Notes under the pieces: generated by a model
The model's input: only the letters and a program-made list of their open reading frames with translations
Databases searched by the model: none
What the model was told of the DNA's origin: nothing
Translations under genes and position numbers: made by a program
Assembly: GCA_951406725.2 (NCBI GenBank)
Contig: OX597833.1
Location: forward strand, 34,348,001 to 34,412,000
DNA length: 64,000 bases
Source: Octopus vulgaris
Taxonomy: Eukaryota
Direction: 5' to 3'
Part shown: positions 36,985 to 47,990 of the stretch, in pieces
Numbering within the stretch: position 1 is the first letter of the stretch
Layout of the letters: every line of letters begins with the position of its first letter

Positions 36985-39518
36985 GGCAGAATGGTATATA
37001 TATAAGATTCCTTGGAACTTACTCACAAGGTACAGGAATGCTGAAGTAACAACAATATCACCAACAACAACAACAATTACTATTACAGCAACAAATGCTG
37101 CAATTACTGAAGTCATCAGGAAATTCAGAAAAAGTGTTCTTGCCAGACTATGTCATGAACTCTATAACAGAGTTCACATACAAACCTGACGAAGGAGTTA
37201 CCTTCGAAGCATACTTCAGAAGATATGAGCAAATCTTCGAGAAAGAATGTAAAGACTGGGACAATGAGATGAAAATGCACTTAATTTTGAGAAAACTGGC
37301 ACCAACAGAGCATGAATAATACAGTAATTATATACTCCCAAGAAAACCTTCGGACATAAACTTTAATGACACATTAGACATATCGTGTAAAATTTTCAGT
37401 AAAAAAAACTCATTGTTCAACACATGCTGGGAGTGTCTGAACATAGAGAAAAACAACGACGAGGTCTACACATATGCTGGTAGAGTAAACAGGGAATGCA
37501 AGAAGTTTAAGCTGGACGAATTAACACCAGATATGTTCAAATGCCTGATTTTTAAACAGGAACTTCCTGCCAAAAAGGACGCAGAAGTTAGAACTAGAAT
37601 TCTTGCCGAGCTGGAACAAAATCATGATGAAACCCTACAACAAGTGTCAGAAGAACGTGACAGGATTGTAAAATCAAAACATGACACAGAGGAAATTGAA
37701 GGTAAAGATTGCTTCCAAGTAAAGCAAGTGCAAAATAGTCAGAATAAAGATAAAGTGTTTCTAAAAAACATGATAAAAATCAGGAAATAAACGCATGTTT
37801 TGCATGAGGAGTATACACCAGAGGAAAATTGTTCATTTAAGAAAGTGGAGTGGTTTCATTGTGGAAATATAGGACACTGTAGGACAAAGATGATAAAATG
37901 TTAGAACAAAGGGAAAAGAATAAATAGTATGTCATCAGAAGAAATTGGTAATATAACAATGGTGAAATTCACGAAGGTGAAAATCAGAAATACAAGTGCT
38001 AAAATGCAGTTGACACTGATAGTGACCTCACCGTTATAGACAAAAATACATGGATATATGTCAGCAAGCCGAAGTTAATTAAATCTAAAAAGATAGCACA
38101 TGGTGTTATAGGAAAAAGATTATATTTTTCCGGTGAATTCATATGTAGTGTAACATTTCAAGATCAAATGAAAAAGGCAAAGATATATGCATTGAAAAAT
38201 TCACTTCATCTATTTGGCACAGAGTAGATAGAACTATTCATGTTGTGGAATACACCCATAAGTGTTTTGAGTGGAAATATAGTCAGTTCACTCAAGGTTT
38301 GAATGAGGCTGAGGGACTAAAACAAAAAATTGCAATAAAACAGAGTGGAATACCTGTATGTAAGCCAAAATGAAATGAAAAATTGCCCACAATGAAAAGT
38401 AAAAATTGTCAAGAGTTACACATTGATTTCACTGGTCTTTTAAATGGTTCTTACTACTTAGTGGTAGTTGATAGTTTCTCAAAATGGCCTGAAATTTGTA
38501 AGTGTAAAAACCATCCTCCTCAACCGTGATAAATTTTTTACATGAATTGTTTGCAAGATTTGGCATCCCAGGCAAGATAGTGTCTGACAATGGAAAGCAA
38601 TTTGTGTCAAGCAAATTTTTAAAATTTTGTGAAATGTTCATGGTAGAACATAGAACTATGGTGCCATGCCAATCCCAGATCCAATGGACAGACAACGCAT
38701 TGTCAATACCTTGAAAATAGCCCTTAGAAAATCGAATACAGAAGTCATGGATAAGGTAGCTCTACAACAATTTTTAAGAGTGTACACCAAATTCAAATAC
38801 ACCAGCAGGTAGCTCACCAGCAGAACTGATGTTTGCAAGGAAAGTAAAATCAGTCTTTGATAAATTGCTATCTAGCAAGAAAAGAAAAAGTACCAGGGAA
38901 GGCATAGTAAGATTCTTTAAAGTTGGTGATAAGGTGTACATGAAGACATACAAAAATGGGAAGCATAACTGGGAAGAGGGTGAAATTACCAAATATATAG
39001 GTAAAATGATGAATTGAGTAAAAAGTAGAAAAGGTATACAAAAGAGACCCAGAAACCAACCAGAAAAGAGATTAATGGAAAGTGAACAAAGAAGTTGGAG
39101 GAACTGATGGAATGGTTGTGCAATAAATTTCAAGTACAATGTCACTATAGGTAATTGAAACCAGGCGTACAAGTGAGAGGAAAAGAAAATGTATAGAGTT
39201 CCTGAAAATAGATGCCAAGCGCAAAAAATATTAAATTGTATGAAAAAGAATGAAAAAAGGGGTGAATAAAAAAAGTTATTGCTAAATAAAATGACACTTC
39301 CTTAGAAAAACTTAAAAGGGAAGATGTTATAGGGAATTAGTAATAATGGTACATCCTTCCTACATGACAAATGGAATAACATAGTCACTATAAGTAGAGA
39401 GAAGTACATGCAGTATGAGAGTATGTCAGAGATAGATGTGTCTTTACTGGTTTTACTAGGTATACTGTATACTGAAGTGGACGTTATAACAATATATATA
39501 CTTAACAACAATATAACA
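36985..39518 (+). mobile_element. Gypsy/Ty3 LTR retrotransposon remnant (gag-protease-integrase; RT/RNase H absent)
   Basis: gag NSITEFTYKPDEGVTFEAYFRRYEQIF; integrase HIDFTG..YLVVVDSFSKWPEI, LFARFGIPGKIVSDNGKQF; PPT AAAAGGGAAGA followed by LTR. Confidence 0.88.
39325..39518 (+). repeat. 3' LTR of the Gypsy element
   Basis: TGTTATA...TATAACA termini immediately after the PPT. Confidence 0.75.
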
Positions 39519-40639
39519 ACAACAAAACAACAAAAACCATGGCCACTCCTCACAATTGATGAAATATTAAACTCCACAATCAAGAGCCCTTCCCTGTGTA
39601 GCTATCCAGTTTCTCATTTCCTGGAAATACCACAAGTGACCTATCATCATCATTGTCATTATGTTCCACTGCTATTATCCTTACCACAACTAGACAATAG
39701 CAACAACAACATTATCTGCATTGGCAGTCACTCTTCAATACTAGAACAATTGATGACCTATTAAACAATATAGTCTCTAGCTCTTCTCTGCAACCAATCC
39801 ACTCCAATTCTCATAAGAATAACACAAGAGATCTGTCATCACCATTGTCATCCTAGTCTACTACCACTCCAATTAGTGAAGAACCACTCCTTTCTTCACC
39901 CGCTGCTATCCACTTCAATCTAAATGTACACCTGACAGCTCCATGATAAATTTCCCAACTGTAAATAAAGTAAAATCAGGAACACACAAAACCCTAAAAT
40001 ATGCCACGAGAGACTATGCATACACAGTGACTGTAGCTTTCACATTTTCCTGGGACAAGATACACAATTCATACAAGCAATACCAGCCAACACCAAACAA
40101 CATATCTTACAACACTACCACCATCACTACTAAATGCTAAATCACACTTAATAACTTCTATACATGTAACCCGGAATCCTGAAATCTGTTACTATTTCCA
40201 ACACAAAAGATTAAGTCTGATGTGTGACTGTCTCTTCACTCATCTTTCAGGGACTCAATGCACTAGTAAAAGCATGACTTCAAGCCACCACCAAATCTAT
40301 AGTCGAAGCATACCTTACAGTGGTAGTATTGGTCCAGGCTTTCATCGAAATGCAGAAGTTACCCACATATCTACTGTAGAAATCAAAAGCCGCAAACCAT
40401 ATTCAACAGTGCAACAATACCAACTTCAGACACCCCCACCCCCCAAAAAAACAAGAAAATTATTTTTTAGCCATGCTGAATCTGGCAAAAGAAATAAAAA
40501 AAGACTTCTAACTCTCATACAGCACCAGCCCCTGCTATTACCCCACACACAATTGCTGTCATTAACCCTCAAACTCAACTTTTTAATAATGTTGAATGTA
40601 CATGGTCTTTCACACTTCACAAATTGAGGATAAGTATCA

Positions 40640-41190
40640 TATCTTAGACACCTAAGGAGGACGTCCTTATCTTTGGTTCACCAATCCTCCAACCTGCCAT
40701 TTGCTCCACTCTCAGGTCTAAGCTCCTCCAGTTAGAAAGACTGTTGGACAGACTGAAGACGATTGATGCCTACCTAGCATTGTTCCTGTTAAGGAACTGC
40801 TTCGCCATGCTGAAACTATTGTATACTCTTCTCTGTGCTCCTTGCTACAATCATGTATCTCTCCATGATATTCAACAGGCCTCCAAAGAGATATGTAATG
40901 TTCATTTCAATGACACTGGATGGCAATAGGCAACCTTACCCATCAAATATAAAGGCCTTTGATCTCCAGTCTCACTGGCCCTGCTGGCTTTTCTCTCATC
41001 AGTGATTTCTTGCTGTGTCCTCATTAACAGGGTTCTTCACAACACAACTGAACATTCTGTGACTGAGGAACTTGAGGCAACCTATGTGAATGGAGCCAGC
41101 TTGGCCTGCACACAGCTGATGTCCATCCCCTTCTCCTTTCTGTGGAGGTCCTGTCCTCTCAAAAGAATTGGGATACCATGCAATGTAACA
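40640..41190 (+). mobile_element. CRE-clade non-LTR retrotransposon fragment
   Basis: IFGSPI...ALFLLRNCFAMLKLLYTL..P...WQ*ATLPIKYKGL...LALLAFLSS, the post-RT signature of CRE-type LINEs (family assignment from memory). Confidence 0.6.
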
Positions 41191-42229
41191 TGATCACAGA
41201 TAAGCTAGTCATTTGCAGAGGCAAAAGAGTAGTAAGCCTGTGAGAGTGGTGAGTCGTGTGCAGAGGCTGAAGAGTTGTAAGCTTGAAGGAGCATTGAGTT
41301 GCTTGCAGAGGCTGTAGGATGAATGCATTGAATACAGGAAGAATGAAACATGCAAAAAATAATGTGCAACTGTAAATGCTGAAAGTACTGTGAAACAATA
41401 CTGACTGCAAAGTTTGATGCAGTATCCCCCAGCAAAAGCTGTGCATCAGAGACTGAGTTTGCCAGACGAGGTGCTGAGTAGAGGGCATTTCACAGTGCCA
41501 AAAAAGCATGTTACAGAATGGATGCACATGAAAGTAGTAAAAATGCAACAAAATGAACTGAAAGAAATTGGAACAGAAAAACTCATGGCAAAGCTGAAAA
41601 ATGTTCAGTTTGTTGAATACATGTTCCAATGAACGCCATTAAGAAATGCATGGTTGGTGAAAAGAACGTTGCATTTCAGGTTAAGAAGCTGTTTGAAGTG
41701 TCGTCCATCTGTGTAGTGCTCACAGTGACTGAAATTCATTGTATGAGGCTAAAAAATTGGTCGCTGTATGGAAGATATTGCAGGAACAATTCGAAAGTAG
41801 CATTGAAACTGTGGCAGTAGTGATGTTAGCACTATGATCTGGCACAAAGGCTGAGGTGGTGACGGCATTAGCAGTGTTGCTGACGGCATTGTTGGTATGC
41901 ATGGCTGTCAAAGTCCAGCGATGTGGAAAATTCTAGAGAGGTGAATGTAATGGAAAATTCTAAGCAGTTCATATGCACATCCACTGCAAGTGCTCAGATA
42001 GCAATTGCGTGGAAAAACCCAACAAGGAAGATGAAGACAGGCACCATGTTTGACAAAACTTCAAAGTATGTTTACTAGCATAAAAGGTTTACAGTTGACA
42101 TTGTGGGAGAAAAATATTTCAAAAGGAGATTATTTGAAAGAATATCGTGTATTTTCTTGGAAGAAGAATGCATACTCTGTTATGCAAAAGTTCGAGATGA
42201 AGAAGATGAATTCTAGAGGTTCACTTGAA

Positions 42230-42350
42230 CCACCAATTTTTAGTGGAGATGTGAGTGAAGACTGCAATTCTTTTAGCTCAGGGTCACCAATTTTTAGTGG
42301 AGATGTGAGGGAAGACTGCAAATGTTTTAGCTTGGAGTCACCAGTTTTTT
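42230..42350. repeat. ~54-bp tandem repeat (~2.3 copies)
   Basis: CACCAATTTTTAGTGGAGATGTGAG..GAAGACTGCAA repeated. Confidence 0.8.
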
Positions 42351-42755
42351 TAGTTGAGGTCATCAATTTTTGGTGAACAGGCACTAAAATAACATCTGAC
42401 TTTTTTTAACAGCAGTAGTATAATACCTTGTAATGCAATAATAGACAACATTCAGAAGGCTTAATAGAACATTATTATTTATTATAAGAGGAAATGATGA
42501 TAGCATTAAATCAAGATTTGCTTGACAGCATACAGGGTATAGCATTCAGAGGTATGGTATAACAGTGTCCTAAGTGAACAAAAGAAAAGTTCAAGTTACT
42601 CGTTATAGGGTCACAAATCCAGAAGAAGGTGCATGCAACATAAATAACATGTAACACTTTTAATGTATATTGTAAAATGTGAACAGGATAAATGTTCAAA
42701 CAGTCCGTAAATAATTATTTAGTTCTAGAGTGTTTCTTCTTTTGATATTCTAGAG

Positions 42756-45257
42756 CAGTGTTTCCCAAACTTTACATGCTAAATTGCAATATCACCCACC
42801 TTTGGGCTGCTCCATCACCCACCTGTATAAAAAAACCCTGACACAACCCCACCAACACAAAATCCCCTAGCCCCCTGCCCCTGTATCATTTGACACACAC
42901 ACTATATTGTAGACTCAGTGCCCTGTTAGTACCATTTGTACTAAATATGTGGTTGTTTATAAAATCCCTTATTGTGGGTTTAATTTTGCCATTAGTGTCA
43001 ATAAAATTCTAACATTAACTCTATATTTTTCAGACAGATTAACTTCTGGGAACTTGAGCTTTCTTTTACACTGATTTTCATTTTCCCCAAATGAACCATT
43101 GATCAGAACTACCAATGCAAAAATAATCAATGATTGTATTATAAAGGAAAAGAATAAAACTTTTTAATGAGAACCATGTGTCTGGTGTGATGCAACTAGT
43201 GCGGATACGTTCGGTTTCAAACTTGTCAACTTTAGCCGCAAGTCTCCTCATTGTGTCACATCCAGTCTGATTCTTTTATGGGAAAGTAAAGTTCCAACAT
43301 GGTTAAAACCAGATTCAACCAGGTATGAAGTAGAGAAGGCAAGCAAAAGTAATTTCAGATGTTTCCACAGACTGGGGTAAGAATTTAATACACTCTGATT
43401 TAATACCTTCTTTGCCATTACAATGATATCACATTGTGGTGTCATTGCCATTTTGTAATTCTATCAATTCCTCCTCAAAGTCATCCTTGCAATCGACTGC
43501 ATCGACCTCAAACAGATTGCTATACCAATTTGGAATATTCAGTGCAATAACATTCTGAAATTGCTCTACCATATTATTGAGCAATGATTGTAAATAGTTG
43601 CGATATATAGTTAAATCCTCATCAACTAATACATCTTTCAAAGAATCAAGTTATAGAAATTGATGAAATTGACATTTTGAAATGTTAGTCTTATACAATA
43701 CCAATTTCGAAATGAAGGTAGTTATAAACAATTTACAATCAGTGAGAGTTTTTTCTGTTTCCTTGCAATAACTTAATGAAATCATTTAATTTTGTGAATA
43801 TATCACAAAGAAAAATGATATTGCACCTTGCAGCCATCAATGAAGTGGATAGTGGAGTATCTTCAAAGAAAGATATGATTATATGGAATAGTTCAACAAA
43901 GCATAAAACGCAGCTTCCTTTTGACAGCCACCACACTTCGGTATGGTATAAGAGTTTAGTATGGTCCTCATCATTTCTCAGACATTTGACAGAAAATTTG
44001 ATCAGACAAACAAGGGACTGGACTTCAATTTGTTCATAGTATTGATAGCTAACTGTAGTGCATCATTCGACCTACCGTTCATATTTTTTGCCACTAAATG
44101 CTGCTGGTGTGCCAAGCAATGAACAGTTAGTACCTGGTGGGAAATTTCACACTTTAGGAGAGATGAAAAACTTTTGTATCTTCCTATCATTGAAGGGGCT
44201 CCATCAGAAGCACTGGCAAGAATATTACTGAATGGGATATATTATGCTCAAAAAGGAAAGACTTGAGAGAGTGAAAAATAGTTGCACCTCTTGAATTAAG
44301 CGACAATTTCTCTGTGAACAGCATTTCCTCACAGAGTTGAAGGTCTTTGCTGAAATACCGAACATATACCATCATCAAACATTGATTGTCCACAACAGTT
44401 GACTCATCCACTTGCATAGAAAATTCAGAACACTGGAGAATATTAATGAGCTGATGTTTGACATCGTTGGTCATTTCATCGATGCTTCGAGAAGTTGTGC
44501 TACTACTAAGTAAGCTCTTCTTCATAATGTTATCGGGTTTTTGTGCATAATGGTTGACAAAACTTCTTCAATAAGTGGGTGAAGTTATGTTTCTCCAATT
44601 GTGTGAGACTTCCCAGACTTAGCAACAAGCAATGCAATGTTGTACGATGCAATCAACCCATCATTCTCCTGTTTATTAGTTTCCTGGAGTAGCGTACTGA
44701 ATGTTTATATTTACTTTTTGAAAGAGGTGCTCAGTTGCAAAAAGTATGATAACTGCTTGTCCTTCTTGTCAGAATGCTTTGCATCAAAGTGATACTTCAA
44801 GCATGAAGGTTTCATTGCTTCATTGGTCAATGTTTGATGGCAATTGGTAACTGACAGTTCTGAGGAGAGGGAATAAATCTAAACAATAAATAATTACTAC
44901 TGTACTGTTGACAAATTTTTTGACTGGAGGCGAATTTGAATCCTACATGTGGGACTTCATATGATTATGCCAAAAAAAAAATTTGTATGGAGTGCGATTT
45001 AAGGCCTAGGCCTATTTGGCTGCTATTTTTAGCACGCATGACAACCAGCTCAATGACTGACAAAAATATTTGATCAATAAACAAGTCCACTTTTTTAATA
45101 GAAAGGGACATTTCATGCGAGTATTTATATCGATAAAAGTGCATCTTTATTTTAGGCATGCCTAGATATCAGTAAATGTAGACTTAATTTATTGTCACCC
45201 ACAAAATGTTCATATCGCCCACCTGTAAGATGGAATCACCCACTTTGGGAAGCTATG
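42756..45257 (-). mobile_element. Full-length hAT Buster/Charlie-type transposon with disrupted transposase (ZBED5/ZBED8-like)
   Basis: TIRs CAGTGTTTCCCAAA / TTTGGGAAGCTATG; perfect 8-bp TSD TTCTAGAG; FSMQVDEST, VHCLAHQQHL, WLSKG, FSTSYLVESGF, GDLRLKLT motifs. Confidence 0.92.
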
Positions 45258-45373
45258 TTCTAGAGTGTTTCTTCCTTTAAAATTGTCCACATGGTGGAGT
45301 TGAGCTCTGACAGCAACATGACAAACTACATCTGACTTTCTTGGAGGCTTGGCTAGAACTGATTAAGACTTTT

Positions 45374-45962
45374 GGATCTTTACCTTTTGACCTACAGATT
45401 TAAAAAATAATTTTTTGCAACTAAACACTTCCAAACTTCGGACACTGGTAGAATGTGTCAGATAAAACATCTTTTACTTTTAGCATTTTTGAGAAAAACT
45501 TATATTTACGAAGTTATTTCACATTAAAGTTCTTGTATTTCGGTAATTTCAACCAATCAATGACATGCATTCAGCTGAATAAAATTACTGCTGTTGTTTG
45601 TCAACAACAACTATCAGTGGTGTATTTTTCGTTTGCCACTGTTATTTACAACATTGTTCGTGTGTTTGTACTGGTTTTAAGGGGTTAGGGTTAGGGTTGT
45701 TATAAATAACAGTGACAAATGAAATATATACCGCCGGAAGTTCTTGCTGACAAACAACAGCAGTAATTTTATTCAGCTGAATACACGTCATTGATTGGTT
45801 GAAATTACTGAAATAGGACAACTTTAACGTGAAATAACTTTGTAAATATAAGTTTTTCTCAAAAATGCTAAGAGTAAAAGATGTTTTATATGGCACATTC
45901 TACCAGTGTCCGAAGTTTGAAAAAATTATTTTTTAAATCTGTAGGTCAAAAGGTAAAGATCC
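45374..45962. mobile_element. Foldback (long-TIR) non-autonomous DNA transposon with telomere-like loop
   Basis: ~270-bp inverted arms GGATCTTTACC.../...GGTAAAGATCC, 8-bp TSD AGACTTTT, loop containing GGGGTTAGGGTTAGGGTT. Confidence 0.9.
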
Positions 45963-47331
45963 AGACTTTCCCCACGACTTTGAGATAGGTGGCAGTGTGT
46001 ACCTATGCACGAGGCACAGCAGTTGGCTACACTAACCAAATCACATATAGATGGACAAATGTTCTACCAAAGGGAAAGTAGTACTCCTACACTTCCTCTT
46101 CCCTCTCCCTTCTTCTGTTGCTTTCTTTTTCTGATCTCTGTAGTTGAAGTTTATTGTCTATTTAATCATTTACTTATCTATTTACTTATCTATATTTACC
46201 CCTTCTACTTCCTCTTATATCCCTATTTTATCCTTTCTTTACCTTTCCTACTATCCAACTGTTATAAGTTTAAATCTTGCAAGTAGTAATTTTGTTTCTA
46301 TCTGGTTGATAAAAGATAATACATCCATTTTATGAGCAAGAGATGAGCAATATGAAAAGCATAGAGTTACAAAGCATATTTTTCAAATTATAAATCTGTT
46401 TATGGAACTATCCAATCTATGCTTGAAATGGAAAATTGTAAAAAAATTAATAAATATAAATATAAAATAATGAAATTATACATTTTTTCTTCACCTATCC
46501 AATATACATTGATTTCTGTTGCTGTCTGATATTAGGATGGTTTCCTTATAGCATTTTCTATGAGCAATATCTTACTTCTTGATGATTTTAACAATTAAAT
46601 TTTGAATATAAAAAAAACTATGTATATAATTTAATTATTATATATTTTTATTTTAAAATTTTGAGATAAATTCTCTATTTCATAAAAAATAACAACTCTA
46701 TTTTGTTAGGCTTAACTTGTTGATTATAATTATTGATCATGATTTCGAAATAAGCGATCTTCTGGGAACTAAATTAAAAAAAATTAATCTCTTCAGTTAA
46801 AACCATTAAATACTATCGGAAATTACCTTGATTGAAGAGAGGATAGACGGTAATAGGGAAAGTGAAAGTTTAAAAATATAAACAAACAAATAAAATGGTA
46901 CTGATGAAAGTTTTTTCTTATTCTTATGTATGGTCAGCTACATATTTTTAAGGTGGGGGTTGGACCAACTTTTTTTAAAGAGCCGCCCATTGGAAAAAAA
47001 AAATTAAATTATCAAAAATAATACTGTTAAATATTTGGAATTTTTTTATGGACATTTTATTTCAAGAGTAACGCAAAAAAATAAAAATAAATAAAACTTA
47101 AAGAATTCCGTTCGCTGATTTACACCATCCGTTTTTTTTTTCTTTCTTTCTGTCAATTAGTCTACAATTTTTACCATTTTCTAATATATAACTGGAACAC
47201 CGACACCAGTTTCCACTAAAGTACAGTGATAATTTAAATTGTTTGAATTGTCATAAAAAAGGCGGGAATTTTTTTAAAAAAGAAACATAAAAAAGTTGGA
47301 ACGGAGAAATGGTAAAGAAAATTTCACTTAC

Positions 47332-47600
47332 CGTGAAGTTGAAATATTTCTCTAATGACTTAATTGTTAAATATTGTAAGAACCTTCTGCTTTTCTGCAG
47401 TGGAAGGGAAGACAAGCTATAAAAAGTGAAGTTTGTCTACTGAAGGTTATTGTCTCCCTTTGTTAAAATGTTATAAACTTTATCTATATTTAAATTAAAG
47501 TTTTCCCAATTTCGTTCGGGTTTCAAATTTTTTCCATCACTATTTAGTTTTCATAAAAAAATTGAATGGCTCTTAAAAAAAGTTGAAATGGAACTTATTT
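47332..47600 (-). other. Candidate non-coding first exon (probably of the ZF gene); upstream boundary uncertain
   Basis: Consensus donor ACG|GTAAGT at 47332/47331 within a repeat-poor, relatively CpG-rich region. Confidence 0.45.
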
Positions 47601-47990
47601 GAATTCCGTTTCGTTGCGTTTCGGTGCGTATCACGTTCCAATCATTACATATTATCGACCCAATTTTTTCACGTTTCAAAATGGCGTTGGCTTATATTTC
47701 CAATGTAATTGTCAAGGCATGTTTAAGACATTTTTTTTAGTGTTTAAAAGCTGTATGCAACAATAATGTCTAGTAAGTCTCTCTTTTATCTGTTCTTTCG
47801 AGATTTAGATGAAGTTAACAACACGTTTTCATTTGGTTTTACTATGAAACAACTTTTTTTTTATATACCCACTGCTACAATGACGTCATATTCTGTCGAC
47901 TTTAGCAGAAGAATTTTTTCATCTATTTTTAACATTTTCCTTTGCCGCTAAAAGAACTATATATTCAACAGTACATGTAAGCTTATCTCA
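47600..47990. promoter_or_regulatory. Putative (possibly bidirectional) promoter
   Basis: YY1-type CAAAATGGCG 47677-47686, perfect CRE ATGACGTCAT 47880-47889, E2F-like TTTGCCGC at 47941 (and GGCGGGAA at 47261), local CpG enrichment, no recognisable TEs. Confidence 0.55.

Noticed and set aside
41200-42200. Several short ORFs on both strands
   Set aside because: No recognisable motif; probably an unclassified repeat that hosts the hAT insertion
42230-42350. Regularly spaced repeats resembling a CRISPR array
   Set aside because: A simple tandem repeat without unique spacers, in eukaryotic context with no cas genes
45455-45896. Two similar ORFs on opposite strands
   Set aside because: Artefact of the foldback palindrome arms
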